DNA of 64,000 bases, from contig CATOCA020000004.1 of the NCBI GenBank assembly GCA_951406725.2, positions 124,001-188,000 on the forward strand, given 5' to 3'. This stretch comes from Octopus vulgaris (taxonomy: Eukaryota). The number at the start of each line of letters is the position of its first letter. Position 1 is the stretch's first letter. Position numbers and translations under genes: made by a program. Below are positions 40,364 to 54,427 of this stretch, in pieces. The notes below the pieces were generated by a model that was given only the letters and a program-made list of their open reading frames with translations, did no database searches and was not told the origin of the DNA.

Positions 40364-41785
40364 AATAGTCAGAAGGAAACTAATCACCTTCCTTGAAGAA
40401 AATGACCTGCTGCCTGACACCCAACATGGTTTCCGACCAGGAAGAAGCTGCTTAACTCAGCTCCTGCAGCACTATGACTGGGTGCTGAAACAACTGCTCA
40501 ACCACTCAAATGTGGAAGTCATATATCTCGACTTCGCAAAGGCCTTCGATAAAGTCGATCATGGAATGATATGTCACAAGCTGCGTGATCTTGGCATAGT
40601 TGGAAAACTAGGAGAATGGCTTCACGACTTTCTGAAGAATAGAAGTCAGGTGGTAGTAGCCAATGGGGCCACTTCCATTAGCACGCAAATAGTGAGCGGT
40701 GTTCCACAGGGCACTGTTTTGGGACCACTACTGTTCATAATGGCCCTCTCAGACATGCCCTCAGCCACGCGGAGAGCCACGATCACAAGTTATGCAGATG
40801 ATACAAAAGTTTCACAGGCAATACAGAACCCTGAAGACACTAGGCACCTGCAATATGAGCTGGACGAAATATACAAGTGGGCTGAAAAGAATAGCATGCA
40901 GTTCAATGCTGAAAAGTTTCAAGCTTTATACTATCAGCATGCAAAACTGAATGCAATACCCAAGGAATACACTGGACCCGGAGGGATTGCAATCCCAGAG
41001 GCACAATCAGTGCGTGACCTGGTTATTCACATGAGTGATGACGCGACCTTTCATGTACATGTTGCTAAACTGACAATGAAATGCAGACGGCTGGCTGGAT
41101 GGATTCTTAGAACCTTTAGAACAAGAGAACAAGAAACCATGATGGTCCTCTGGAAGACACTTGTCCTAAGTCACTTTGACTATTGCTCTCAGCTATGGTC
41201 ACCATCCAGTGTCAAGTTGATCACAGAACTTGAGGTGATCCAACGAAGCTACACGAAGAAGATAGCCTCTATGCAGAATGTAAGCTACTGGGAAAGACTC
41301 AAGAGATTAAAATTATATTCCCTGGAGCGTAGGCGGGAAAGATATGCCATAATATACATCTGGAAGATCCTGGAGGAAGTGTCCTGAACTTTGGCATCGA
41401 GAGTTACGCAAACGCCAGAACTGGGCGCCACTGCGTGGTGCCTAGGACTCCAAACTTGCCATCAAGATGTAGGACAAGATTCTGTGATAGCCTGGGCTTC
41501 CGAGGCCCACAGCTCTTCAATATCCTCCCGATGAACCTGAGAGACCTGCATGGGGTGGATACAGATGTCTTTAAAATGGAGCTGGATCTCTTCCTGTCAG
41601 GTGTCCCAGATGAACCAACTTCACGGCAGGAGGGGCAGATGAGGGCAGCTGCATCGAACTCTCTCATGCACCAAATAGCAGTTGCTAGAAAGCCTCCATG
41701 AAGTGAAACCAAGTAGCAACACCAAATGGCGGTGCCCCAGCGTGGCCACAGCTCATAAGCTGAAACTGGAATCAATCAATCAATC
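40364..41785 (+). mobile_element. CR1-group LINE, ORF2 reverse transcriptase to 3' end; 5' part lost in the gap
   Basis: QHGFRPGRSC..YLDFAKAFDKVDH..SGVPQGTVLGPLLF..YADDTK; one-base frameshift near 41375 relative to sibling copies; stop at 41701; (AATC)n tail. Confidence 0.95.
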
Positions 41786-43035
<1,250 letters not shown>

Positions 43036-43265
43036 ATACGATAGGCTTCTTTCAGTTTCCGTCTACCAAATCCACTCACAAGCTTTTGGTGGGCCTGAGG
43101 CTATAGAAGAAGGCACTTGCCCAAGGTGCCACGCTGTGGTTACTGTTATGGAGACAAAGTGTTTGAAAAGCTATCTTCTTAACCACACGGCCACGCCCGC
43201 ACCTTATCTTAATCTTATACTTCTTCTAGTCATTGTGACTTGCGGCCAAGCTGGGGCAACACCTA

Positions 43266-43692
43266 TTACTCTTTACTCTTTTACTCTTTTACTCTTTTAC
43301 TTGTTTCAGTCATTTGACTGCGGCCATGCTGGAGCACCGCCTTTTTTAGTCGAGCAAATCGACCCCGGGACTTATTCTTTTGTAAGCCCAGTACTTATTC
43401 TATCGGTCTCTTTTTGCCGAACCGCTAAGTGACGGGGACGTAAACACACCAGCATCGGTTGTCAAGCAATGCTACGGGGACAAACAAACACACACACACA
43501 CATACACATATATACATATATATACATATATACGACAGGCTTCTTTCAGTTTCCGTCTACCAAATCCACTCACAAGGCATTGGTCGGCCTGGGGCTATAG
43601 CAGAAGACACTTGCCCAAGATGCCACGCAGTGGGACTGAACCCGGAACCATGTGGTTGGTTAGCAAGCTACTTACCACACAGCCACTCCTAC
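43266..43692 (-). mobile_element. SINE family A, full length
   Basis: Matches other copies. Confidence 0.9.
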
Positions 43693-43906
43693 GCTTTATT
43701 TAGAAAAATTCCTGCGGCAATAGAGAAGTGGTAACGTGTGCAAAGTTAATGAATTGGAAGTGTTTAGTCACGAATTTGTAGATAGTCAAACGAGGGTCTT
43801 TTAAGCTACGAATAATGAGATGGCTATCGTTTCACAAAGCGAAGTAATCAGAAAACTCCCTTCTTCTCTCATACACATACACACGTGTGTCTTTATATGT
43901 GTGTGT

Positions 43907-44289
43907 GGAGGCGCAATGGCCCAGTGGTTAGGGCAGCGGACTCGGGGTCGTAGGAACGCGGTTTCGATTCCCAGACCGGGCGTTGTGAGTGTTTATTGAG
44001 CGAAAACACCTAAAAGCTCCACGAGGCTCCGACAGGGGATGGTGGTGATCCCTGCTGTACTCTTTCACCACAACTTTCTCTCACTCTTACTTCCGGTTTC
44101 TGTTGTACCTGTATTTCAAAGGGGCCGGCCTTGTCACTCTCTGTGTCACGCTGAATATCCCCGAGAACTACGTTAAGGGTGCACGTGTCTGTGGAGTGTT
44201 CAGCCACTTACACGTTAATTTCACGAGCAGGCTGTTCCGTTGATCGGATCAACCGGAACCCTCGTCGTCGTAACCGATGGAGTGCTCCC
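43907..44289 (+). mobile_element. SINE family C, full length
   Basis: Matches 6943-7310. Confidence 0.9.
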
Positions 44290-44343
44290 GTATATGTGTG
44301 TGTTTGTGTGTGTTTGTATTGGCGTAGGTGTAGCTGTGTAGAG

Positions 44344-44838
44344 CAGTGCTTTTCAAACTTTTTGCTGGAGCGGAACCCCAAGGAAACATTCCACTGGCTC
44401 GAGGAACCCCTGTGTAATAATTTAATAGTATTATGCACACATATCTGCACAGGAGAATTAAAAATTACAGCCGATTTTAGCAGTTTTGTAACTTCTTGCG
44501 GAACCCATGGACTGTACTGGCAGAACCCCTGGACTATACTGGCGGAACCCTGCTTGAAAACCACTGCTCTACGGCGTCACACCCGTTGAAAGAGATGATT
44601 AGGAAGCGTCTGTGTGGACCAGTGCTTTTCAAACTTTTTGCTGGAGCGGAACCCCAAGGAAACATTCCACTGGCTCGAGGAACCCCTGTGCAATAATTTA
44701 ATAGACTTATGCACACATATCTGCACAGGAAAATTAAAAATTACTGCCGATTTTAGCAGTATTGTAACTTCTTGCGGAACCCCTGGACTGTACTGGCGGA
44801 ACCCTAAGGTTCCGCGGAACCCTGGTTGAAAACCACTG
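44344..44838 (+). mobile_element. Two tandem hAT (Charlie-like) MITEs, 44344-44566 and 44620-44838
   Basis: TIR CAGTG(C/G)TTTTCAA, subterminal ggaacccc motifs, 8-bp flanks. Confidence 0.8.
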
Positions 44839-45179
44839 GTGTAGAAAGACAAAACGCTTTCTCAACCACATGGTTCTGGGTTCAGTCCCACTGCGTGGCA
44901 CCTTGGGCGATTGTTTTCTACTATAGCCTCGGGTCGACCAAAGCCTTGTAAATCGATTTGGTACACGGAACCTGTCAACTAAACAAATGGAAACTAAAGG
45001 AAGCGTATCGTCTATACACACACACACACAAACTCGTATGCATGTGTGTTTGTACCCCACCGGCACTTGACAACTGGTGATGGTTTGATTGACACCTGTG
45101 ATTTAGCGGTTCGGCAAAAAGGACCAATAGAGTAAGTACTTCATCAATTTGTTCGAATAAAACCAGAAACAAGTAAAAA

Positions 45180-45407
45180 ACAAAACACACACACATACAC
45201 ACATATACACAAACAGACTCACACACACACACACACGCAAACATACTGATACACACACATACACGCATATACACAAACACACTCAAACACACACACACAC
45301 ACACACACAAGCACATACTCATACACACACATACACACACACACATACACACACATACACATACATACACACACATACACACACATACACACACACACAC
45401 ACATACA

Positions 45408-45448
<41 letters not shown>

Positions 45449-45526
45449 ACACACACACATACACACACACACACATACACACACACACACATACACACAC
45501 ATACACACACACACATACACACACAG

Positions 45527-45576
<50 letters not shown>
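45180..45576. repeat. (CA)n array
   Basis: Direct inspection. Confidence 0.95.
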
Positions 45577-45578
<2 letters not shown>

Positions 45579-45938
45579 TCTTTTATCTTCTATTTGCTCC
45601 AGTCACTGGACTGCGGCCATACTGGGGCACCGCCTTAAAATATTTAGCCGAACGAATCGTCCCCAGCACATGTTCTTTAAAGTCTGGTACCAACTTACCT
45701 TATCGATCTCTTTTGTCGAACCGTTAAGTTACGGAAACATAAACATACCAACACCGGTTGTCGAGCGGCGGTGGAAGGTAGACGTAAAGCCATACACAGA
45801 CATACACACACACATACAGAAGTATCTAGAGGTATACCTGGTAATTAGCTCAGTGTGTATGGGGTCCTTGGTATAAGGTAAACAGCAGCAGGTAATTTAA
45901 AAAGTAAACCGTAGTTTAATGTATATATAGACGATAAG

Positions 45939-46089
45939 AAAATGGAGGAAAAACAACAAATTGAGGTGTATCTTTGGTGCTAAAAAGGCATTATTTTATT
46001 TGTTAGTTACCTTCACCTTGCCTAACTAATTAAATAATGCCTTTTTAGCACCAACGATGCACCTCAATTTATTGTTTTTCCTCCATTTT
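45939..46089. repeat. Fold-back inverted repeat, 58-bp arms, 55/58 complementary
   Basis: Arms 45939-45996 and 46032-46089. Confidence 0.9.
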
Positions 46090-46104
46090 GATGTCGACAT
46101 AAGT

Positions 46105-46201
46105 TCCTTGATTTTCCTGATGAGAAATCTGCATAATGTACTCCTTATTCCTTCGGAATTAGGAATATGCAGCCTTCGAAACATATGTCGAGAATAAAGG
46201 A
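46105..46201 (+). ncRNA. Type I hammerhead ribozyme, intact core, same family as 38951
   Basis: Stem I tccttgattttc/gagaataaagga (11/12); CTGATGA 46117; stem II gaa..ctgcata/tatgcag..ttc; GAAA 46178; C-ATAT-GTC, cleavage predicted after 46189. Confidence 0.85.
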
Positions 46202-46231
46202 TATTTGTTAACTAGTCGTTCAACTCCATTT

Positions 46232-46276
<45 letters not shown>

Positions 46277-46278
<2 letters not shown>

Positions 46279-46988
46279 CTGGGTGGCGGACGAATCATAG
46301 CACGGGTTCTTTAGCATTGTGTAAATCATTGTGTACACTAAAAAAAAAAAAAAAACCGCCCAGCCTTTCGTTTGCAAGCGCCATTGTGCTATTTTGACCG
46401 CTTGTAACCGCTGAACGAAGATGACGTACAAGTCTATTGCTTGCTGCGTTACCCTCACCGCCTTAAGTGACTGTAAGATTCCACTGAGTGAACATTCTAG
46501 CCCATTTTGCAAGATGGCGTACCCAAAAGCGGGAAGAGTGGAGATTATGGAAGCGTATGTGAGAACGGGTTCTGTCAAGCTAATGCACAACATTTTTGAA
46601 GTTAAGTTTCGTGGTAAAAGGTTTACAGGCGAAGTGAATGGTACAAATATTGGTTAAGAAGTGGCGTGTTACGGTGAGACCCTACAAACATCGGAAGTTG
46701 TTCAGAACATTCGTCGAAGGATTACTCGAAGTTGAAAGAAGTCAACCAGTTAATCTGCGCAGCCGTCTCGCATAAGCTGGAAGTCATGCTAACGAGCGTT
46801 GAAAAGTCTGAAGTGGAAGCCATATCGTTTCACATGTTTACAGCAATTAGATGCCTACTTTTCGGTCGAAAAAACACACGATAACATTTGCCAACGTAAG
46901 GCTTGATGTTTCGACGCGTGTAAATGTCTTTTCTGTGTTTACGTTATACTACGGAACCCGTGTTACGTTTCCCTGTGCCACCCTGTTA
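46277..46988 (+). mobile_element. Internally deleted Tc1/mariner element (rosa/DD41D-like N-terminus)
   Basis: Imperfect TIRs c(t/a)gggtggc..cacgggttc; MAYPKAGRVEIMEAY..LVKKWR..KKST..LKWKPYRFTCLQQL with stops. Family assignment is inference. Confidence 0.7.
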
Positions 46989-47271
46989 GGCGCAGGAGTG
47001 GCTACGTGGTAAGAAGCTTGCTTCTCAACCACTTGGTCCTGGGTTCGGTGGTGCCATTGCGTGGCACCTTGGGCAAGTGTCTTCTACTAAAGCCTCAGGC
47101 TGACCAGAGACTTGTGAGTGGATTTGGTTTATATATGTGTGCGTGTGTGTGTTTGGCCCTCACCATCGTTTGACAACCGATGTTAGTGTGTTTATGTCCC
47201 TGTAGCTTACCGGTTCGGCAAAAGGAAACCGATAGAATAGGTACCAGGTTTACAAAGAATAAGTCCTGGGA

Positions 47272-47321
<50 letters not shown>

Positions 47322-47544
47322 ATATAGGGTGAAATATAATTAATTTAATAAAATCAAAAAGTTTCACCTAGTAGTATTTCGGTATGGAAAAGGACCATAT
47401 TCGGTAAAAATTTATATAATTATGATAATAAGGGTTTTTTTTTAAACCACATACCGAAAATTTTCGGTATATATATATATATACACACATATACAGTAAT
47501 ACCTCACTTTACGAGGGTCCGCTTTGCGAGAATATATATATCAT

Positions 47545-47750
47545 CATTGATATATAACAACCTCGTTGATAGAAGTTTACATTGGTTGGAACACGTACAC
47601 AAGACCCCCTCAGACAAATCCTTTACACCCCCCCCCCCCCAACAATGCAAAGGGAAAAGAAATCAAGGAAGACCTAGAATGAGATTCAAAGACCTTGCAA
47701 AAAGCAAGATGAAGCGGATAGGGATTCACCCTAATAAATGGCAAACTCAA
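47545..47750 (+). pseudogene. RTE-type LINE C-terminal fossil
   Basis: SLHWLEHVH..GKRNQGRPRMRFKD..KRIGI..W. Confidence 0.6.
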
Positions 47751-47753
47751 GTA

Positions 47754-48679
47754 TAAATCCTCGAGTATAATCCCCTTTTTCCCCCAAAAAATTTAAAGGT
47801 CGAAATCCCTCATGCGTACTATATACTCTCTCTCTTTCTCTTTTACTTGTTTCAGTCATTTGACTGCGGCCATGCTGGAGCACCGCCTTTAGTCGAGCAA
47901 ATCGACCCCGGGGACTTATTCTTTGTAAGCCCAGTACTTATTCTATCGGTCTCTTTTTGCCGAACCGCTAAGTGACGGGGACGTAAACACACCAGCATCG
48001 GTTGTCAAGCAATGCTAGGGGGACAAACAGACACACAAACACACATACATATATATATATATATACATATATACGACAGGCTTCTTTCAGTTTCCGTCTA
48101 CCAAATCCACTCACAAGGCATTGGTCGGCCCGGGGCTATAGCAGAAGACACTTGCCCAAGATGCCACGCAGTGGGACTGAACCCGGAACCATGAGGTTGG
48201 TTAGCAAGCTACTTACCACACAGCCACTCCTGCGCCTACAAGGTCAAAAATGAAAAATATTTTCTAAGCAATGTCCGATACTCTATTTGCTGTCCGGCAA
48301 TGTTTATTCAGACGCATTTTGTGATGTCCGGCGCGAAAATACCTTAAGCTAAGCCTGAAAGCAATGAAGTCATAAAAGAATCATCCATAACTTGCAATAA
48401 GCAACATTTATTAAACGTTTATTACTGTTATTTCTTTATTTTCTACAAACAAAATGCACAAAAAAGCCACACGTTTGCATTCTTTTATATATACAATAAT
48501 AATAAAGGACATTATCGTATACATTTTTACAAACCAAGGACGTTATATAGACCTCCTTGACTCAAGTTAGAGAAGGGGCGCGTATTATACACAGGGTTTA
48601 GGTTTTACAGAGGTACAGCCCCCTAAAAATGCCCTGCATATTATACTCAAGGGTGGACTATACTCGAGGATTTACGGTA
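47754..48679. mobile_element. pogo/Tigger-type MITE with a nested SINE A (47826-48236, minus)
   Basis: TIRs taaatcctcgagtata / tatactcgaggatttacggta. Confidence 0.75.
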
Positions 48680-48774
48680 AGAAACTGACCAGTATAGGGA
48701 AAGGTTATCGAGTCATGTGAAAGCCATGAACAGGAATAACCGCAACGACTGACTGCAGATAATGTATGTTCCTG

Positions 48775-49066
48775 TTTGTCCCTTCTCGATCGAAGCCTGC
48801 CTCACAAGGACCGGTTTCCCGGTTTCATTGGCGTATAGGTTCCCCACCTAGACGGGACGCCGGTCCGTCGCAGGTGAGCTGCTGGATGCAGGAGGAAAGA
48901 GCGAGAGAAAGTTGTGACAAAAAAATGAGCAGAAGTTCGCCATTACTTTCTGCTGGGGCTTTAGGTGTTTCGCACATAAACACACACGTTGCCCGGTGTG
49001 AGATTCGAACCAGCGATCCCTCGACTGCAAGTCCGCTGCTCCAACTAGTTGGCCATATGCCTCCAC
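48775..49066 (-). mobile_element. SINE with C-like head and Meta/V-type body
   Basis: Head gtggaggcatatggcc..gcagcggacttgcagtc..ggttcgaatc; body cctgcgacggaccggcgtcccgtc; body fragment also at 28565-28680. Confidence 0.7.
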
Positions 49067-49902
49067 GTAGATAATATATATGTTGTAAGTGGATGTCTGT
49101 TAGCCACACTTTGATGGGCCTTGTTTTTCATCGTGTTGGGTGTCCAAAGGCCACCCTGCTCTCCATGCAGATATGATCGTGAGGGTGATGGCCCGATCAC
49201 GCGATGGAGTGTACTTGAGGGGTTGCGTCGAACAGATCGATCCCAATATTTCATTATTGTGTCGTCTATTATATCCATCGTTATCTCTGCCGAAACGCTA
49301 CGTTACGGGGATGTAAACAAACTAACAGCAGCTGTCAAGCGGTGGTGGTGGAGAAAAAACACAAATGCAAAGAATTACACTCAACGGGCTTCTTTCAGTT
49401 TCCGTCTACCAGATCTACTCATAAGGCTTTGGTCGGCCTGAGGCTCCGCCGAGGTCTACTTTGCCTTTCATCCTTTCGGGGTCGATAAATTAAGTACCAG
49501 TTACGCACTGGGTCGATGTAATCGACTTAATCCCTTTGTCTGTCCTTGTTTGTCCCCTCTGTGTTTACCCCCTTGTGGGTAGTAAAGAAATATATAGTAG
49601 AAGACACATACCCACGGTGCCACACAGTGGGACTGAACCTTGAACCATGCGGTTGGAAAGCAAGCTACTTACCACACAGCCACGCCTAAGTATGTATGTA
49701 CACACACACACACACACATTTATATATGTATATACGACAGACTTATTTCAGTTTCGTCCACCAGATCGACTCACAGGGCTTTGGTCGGCCCGAGGCTATC
49801 ATAGAAAACCCTCGCTCAAGGTGCTACGCGGTGGGACTGAACCCGGAACCATGTGGTTGGAGAGCAGGTTTCTTACCACACAGCCACGCCTATGCATATA
49901 TA

Positions 49903-50225
49903 TGGCATCTTGGGGCAAGTGTCTTCTATTATAGCCTCGGGTCGACTAATGCCTTGTGAGTGGATTTGGTAGACGGAAACTGAAAGAAGCCTGTCGTATT
50001 AACTTACTATATATGTATATATATATGTGTGTGTATGTGTTTGTGTGTCTGTTTGTCCCCCTGGTGTGTTTACGTCCCCGTCACTAAGCGGTTCGGCAAA
50101 AGAGACCGATAGAATAAGTACTGGGCTTACAAAGAATAAATGCCGGGGTCGATTTGCCCGACTAAAAGGCGGTGCTCCAGCATGGCCGCAGTCAAATGAC
50201 TGAAACAAGTAAAAGAGTAAAAGAA
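49903..50225 (+). mobile_element. SINE family A, deletion variant
   Basis: Shares an internal deletion with 51312-51687. Confidence 0.85.
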
Positions 50226-50769
50226 TATATATATATATACTCATACACACAGATATGACGGATGTGTTTTGAGCGTACGCTGTGAGACTGCGTTACGCAA
50301 TTAGATGTCCCAACACAACGACTAACCAGAGACAAATTATTTACTTAATAACAAAACATCAACAACTTCAACATGTACAGGATGAAGCCATGCTTTCATC
50401 TTGACAACGATTCATCGCGAGACTGTCTATAAACATATGTCTATCATAAATAAACATTATGTTTTGTTACAGAGGAAATATTTAAGCTTTGCTTAGCTGT
50501 ATCGGGACGTCTGGCGATGTAATTTATCTCTAGCGTGCTTGGCGAATATATCCGTTGTTCAAATTTTAGGTTATTTTTTCTACAGTGAAAATGTACATAC
50601 ATATATAGGCGCGGGCGTGGCTGTGTTGTAAGAAGCTTGCTTCTCAACCACATGGTTCCAGGTTCAGTCCCACTGCGTGGTACCTTGGGCAAGTGTCTCC
50701 TATTATAGGCTCGGGCCGACCAATGCCTTGTGAGTGGATTTGGTAGAAGGAAATTGAAAGAGGCCCGTC

Positions 50770-50800
<31 letters not shown>

Positions 50801-51005
50801 ATGATAAATCTCAGAGCGAGTTATAAACAGTAGCGGTAACACATCGTGATGCACATATGCCATTTGAATATGGCTAACCCATAAGGGTGGATGGTACTGT
50901 AGTTTGTAGCCCCAGGAAGATATCTCCTCCAGCTGGCCATAGACACACTGTGTCCTGTCAGTATTTGTGAAGGGGAGTCATCCTCCCCGTCTTCAACACA
51001 TGATA

Positions 51006-51035
51006 CACACGTACCCGAGTTTCAAGGTGTTTACC

Positions 51036-51041
<6 letters not shown>
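51006..51041 (-). ncRNA. Hammerhead motif truncated by a (TA)n array
   Basis: Minus strand (TA)n-ATGA aagg-taaaca-cctt GAAA ctcgg GTA; CTG and 5' stem I replaced by (TA)n. Confidence 0.45.
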
Positions 51042-51086
<45 letters not shown>

Positions 51087-51311
51087 ACGTAGTTTCGGTC
51101 TGAGTTCCACTGCATCATACCATTTGTTCGACTACACCCTCCGGCCAACAAACGCCTTGTGGGTGGATTTGGTAGACGGAAACTGGAAGAAGATCGTCGT
51201 GTGTATATATATATATACTTTGATACTTTGATAGGTTTCGGCCATTATTGGCCCAGGCCATGTCTAACTTAATAGCACCACCTGGTAAATATATATATAT
51301 ATATATATATA

Positions 51312-51687
51312 TTCTTTTATTCTTTTACTTGTTTCAGTCATTTGATTGCGGCCATGCTGGAGCACCGCCTTTTAGTCGAGCAAATCGACCCCGGCACTTA
51401 TTCTTTGTAAGCCCAGTACTTATCTTATCGGTCTCTTTTGCCGAACCGCTAAGTGACGGGGACGTAAACACACCAGGGGGACAAACAGACACACAAACAC
51501 ACACACACACACATATATATATACATATATACGACAGGCTTCTTTCAGTTTCCGTCTACCAAATCCACCCACAAATCATTGGTCGGCTCGAGGCTATAGT
51601 AGAAGACACTTGCCCCAAGATGCCACGCAGTGGGACTGAACCCGGAACCATGTGGTTGGTTAGCAAGCTACTTACCACACAGCCACT
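51312..51687 (-). mobile_element. SINE family A, deletion variant
   Basis: See 49903-50225. Confidence 0.85.
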
Positions 51688-52291
51688 ATTTATATATATA
51701 GATAGATAGATAGATAGATAGAGAGAGAGAGGCGCAATGGCCCAGTGGTTAGGGCAGCGTTCTACACACTAGATGTGCGCTCACTCATGTTATCTAAACA
51801 TGTGTTTGCGCGCGCGCGCGTGTATGTGTGTGCGCAGGCGCGTGGTTCCGCCACACGTGTCTATACTTATGTTGATATTATCAGTGTTAAGTGTGCTCGG
51901 GTTGGTTCGCGGATATGTATGTATAGCGTGACGTAAACCAGCGCCTAACAGAACCAGCGTCAACTATCCACTAAGAAATGAATGTCTCGGGGTCTGCTAG
52001 TCTTTTATCGTCAACCATCCCAGTTAATTATTTATAACATCTGCTCCCATCTCTCCTTCCTTTCCCATTTACTTCTCTTCATTTCCATCAGCGTTAAACA
52101 TTACCCACTCCCAGATTTTACATCTCATCCGTCTCTGAATTGCCTCTTGACCGTTTTATTTCTTCAGATATTCGGAATTTTAAAAAAAATTCTGTTCATC
52201 CAGCTTCATTATTCATTTCAAATTACATCCGCAGTGAGTTATCTAGGAAATTCCAAGCGACAATGTAACCTTCATCAACCTAAGGTATACT

Positions 52292-52955
52292 CGGCCAGCT
52301 GGCAGAAACGTTAGCACGCCGGGCGAAATGCTTAGCGGTATTTCGTCTGCGTTACGTTGTGAGTTCAAGTTCCGCCGAGGTCGACTTTGCCTTTCATCCT
52401 TTCGGGGTCGATAAATTAAGTACCAGTTACGCACTGGGGTCGATGTAATCGACTTAATACCTATGTCTGTCCTTGTTTGTCCCCTCTGTGTTTAGCCCCT
52501 TGTGGATATAAAGAAATAGGTATTTCGTCTGCCGTTATGTTCTGAGTTCAAATTCCACCGAGGTCGACTTTGCCTTTCATCCTTTCGGGGTCGATAAATT
52601 AAGTACCAGTTACGCACTGGGGTCGATGTAATCGACTTAATACCTATGTCTGTCCTTGTTTGTCCCCTCTGTGTTTAGCCCCTTGTGGGTAATAAAGAAA
52701 TAGGTATTTCGTCTGTCCTTGTTTGTCCCCTCTGTGTTTAGCCCCTTATGGGTAATAAAAAAATAGGTATTTTGTCTATCTTTACGTTCTGAGTTCAAAT
52801 TCTTCCGAGGTCGACTTTGCCTTTCATCCTTTCGGGGTCGATAAATTAAGTACCAGTTACGCACTGGGCTCGATGTAATCGACTTAATACCTATGTCTGT
52901 CCTTGTTTGTCCCCTCTGTGTTTAGCCTCTTGTGGGTAATAAAGAAATAGGTATA
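52292..52955 (+). mobile_element. SINE family B, tandem array of three units plus a partial tail duplication
   Basis: Tail aaagaaataggtatt runs directly into the internal head ggtatttcgtc. Confidence 0.9.
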
Positions 52956-53065
52956 CTCGGACATATGATTATCTACGTTGAGTAGTCCTCATTGAGTAAT
53001 TATTACATCAAAGTACCAGCTGGCTAAGAAACATGTAGGCTAAATTTTACACATTCCATTCCATC

Positions 53066-53121
<56 letters not shown>

Positions 53122-53482
53122 CACACGCGCCAGTTTAATTTAATTCGTCCTCAGTCGAAAGACACCTGTTGTTATGTCCTGTTATTATTTTTATTGTATT
53201 TATACTTGTATAAAATTGTCCGTTTTTTCCATCCTTGTTTTCGCATACATTCGCTACTTTCTTAAAAGAAATCTACTGCTCTTAGCTAAGCTTTTCCTTG
53301 GGGATGGTCAGATTGGAGCAATCTCAAGAATAATCAACCGAAATTGCGGGGATAATCTGGTACTTGACTGAGGAAAAAAACTTCGAATGACCCTTCCTTG
53401 TTTTCTTTGTATCGTCTATCTGGATGTTTTGTTGTCCCTTTTTGTATCACCTAACTGTCCGGATGTTTTGCGTTCTTGTCCC

Positions 53483-53566
<84 letters not shown>

Positions 53567-53934
53567 ACAGGACAAGATCGTTGATTTAAATATGTTAACC
53601 AAAATATGAGTTAGAGTTTATGCAACCATCTAAGGGATAAATGTATCCGTAGTCACCACTGGTGTATTACCTCACTATGTATAATCCTAGCTATAAGGTA
53701 TACAGTATTTGGTAGTTTAAAGAATAAAACTGTGGATTAACATATATATATATATAGAAAAGAAAAATACCAACGATCGTCTTCTCATTTTCGTTTATTG
53801 CTCCATTTCTTTTTCTTTCTCTTTCCTTCTCACTCTCTATATATTTTATTCTTTTACTTCTTTCAGCTGGAGCACACATCTATATATACGTCCATTCTAT
53901 GTGTGGACAACATTTTAACTTCTATTTTGTTGAG

Positions 53935-54370
53935 TGAGCCCCCGTGTTCCTGATCGGTACAGAACCGATGCGATTTTCTCTTCCTTTAGTTCCCTCCAAT
54001 GCTCCTTTACCCACTCTCCTATGCTTCGTGTTGTCTCCCCTTCGTACATCGTTGTCTTATTACTGCACCGTCCCTCTCTACATTTCTAGCTTTACACTTT
54101 GTGGGCTAAATCTACATACAATACAGTTCCTATCAGTACAGGGAGGTTCTACTAAAAGGGTAGGTTCTACCGATTTGGGATTTGATAGGGTTACCTGGCC
54201 TTTCTTCACCCTTAATTCTAGGGCCCTTCTAAAGCGGTATGCCAGTTCGCCTCTAGGGATGGTATCGGCGAACACGACACTCTGGTATTTGTGGCTATCA
54301 TACAAAGAGTTGGCCTTCCCTATTTTCTTCTTAGTCCTTTCAATGGTGTTCCATGACTTGCTCCTATAGA
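53935..54370 (-). pseudogene. Penelope-like element fossil: RT-endonuclease linker and GIY-YIG endonuclease
   Basis: SVVFADTIPRGELAYRFRRAL..PCTDRNCIVC, frameshift, KCREGRCSNKTTMYEGETTRSIGEWVKEHWRELKEEKIASVLYR (YIGETxR..R..EH-type motif). Confidence 0.75.
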
Positions 54371-54427
54371 ACTCTCTCTCGCGCGCGTGTGTATACGTTA
54401 GTATATATTTATATTTATATATTTTAT

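Noticed and set aside
40482-41387. 301-aa ORF as a host gene or intact active LINE
   Set aside because: It is CR1-group RT, cut by the gap and frameshifted near 41375; activity cannot be judged.
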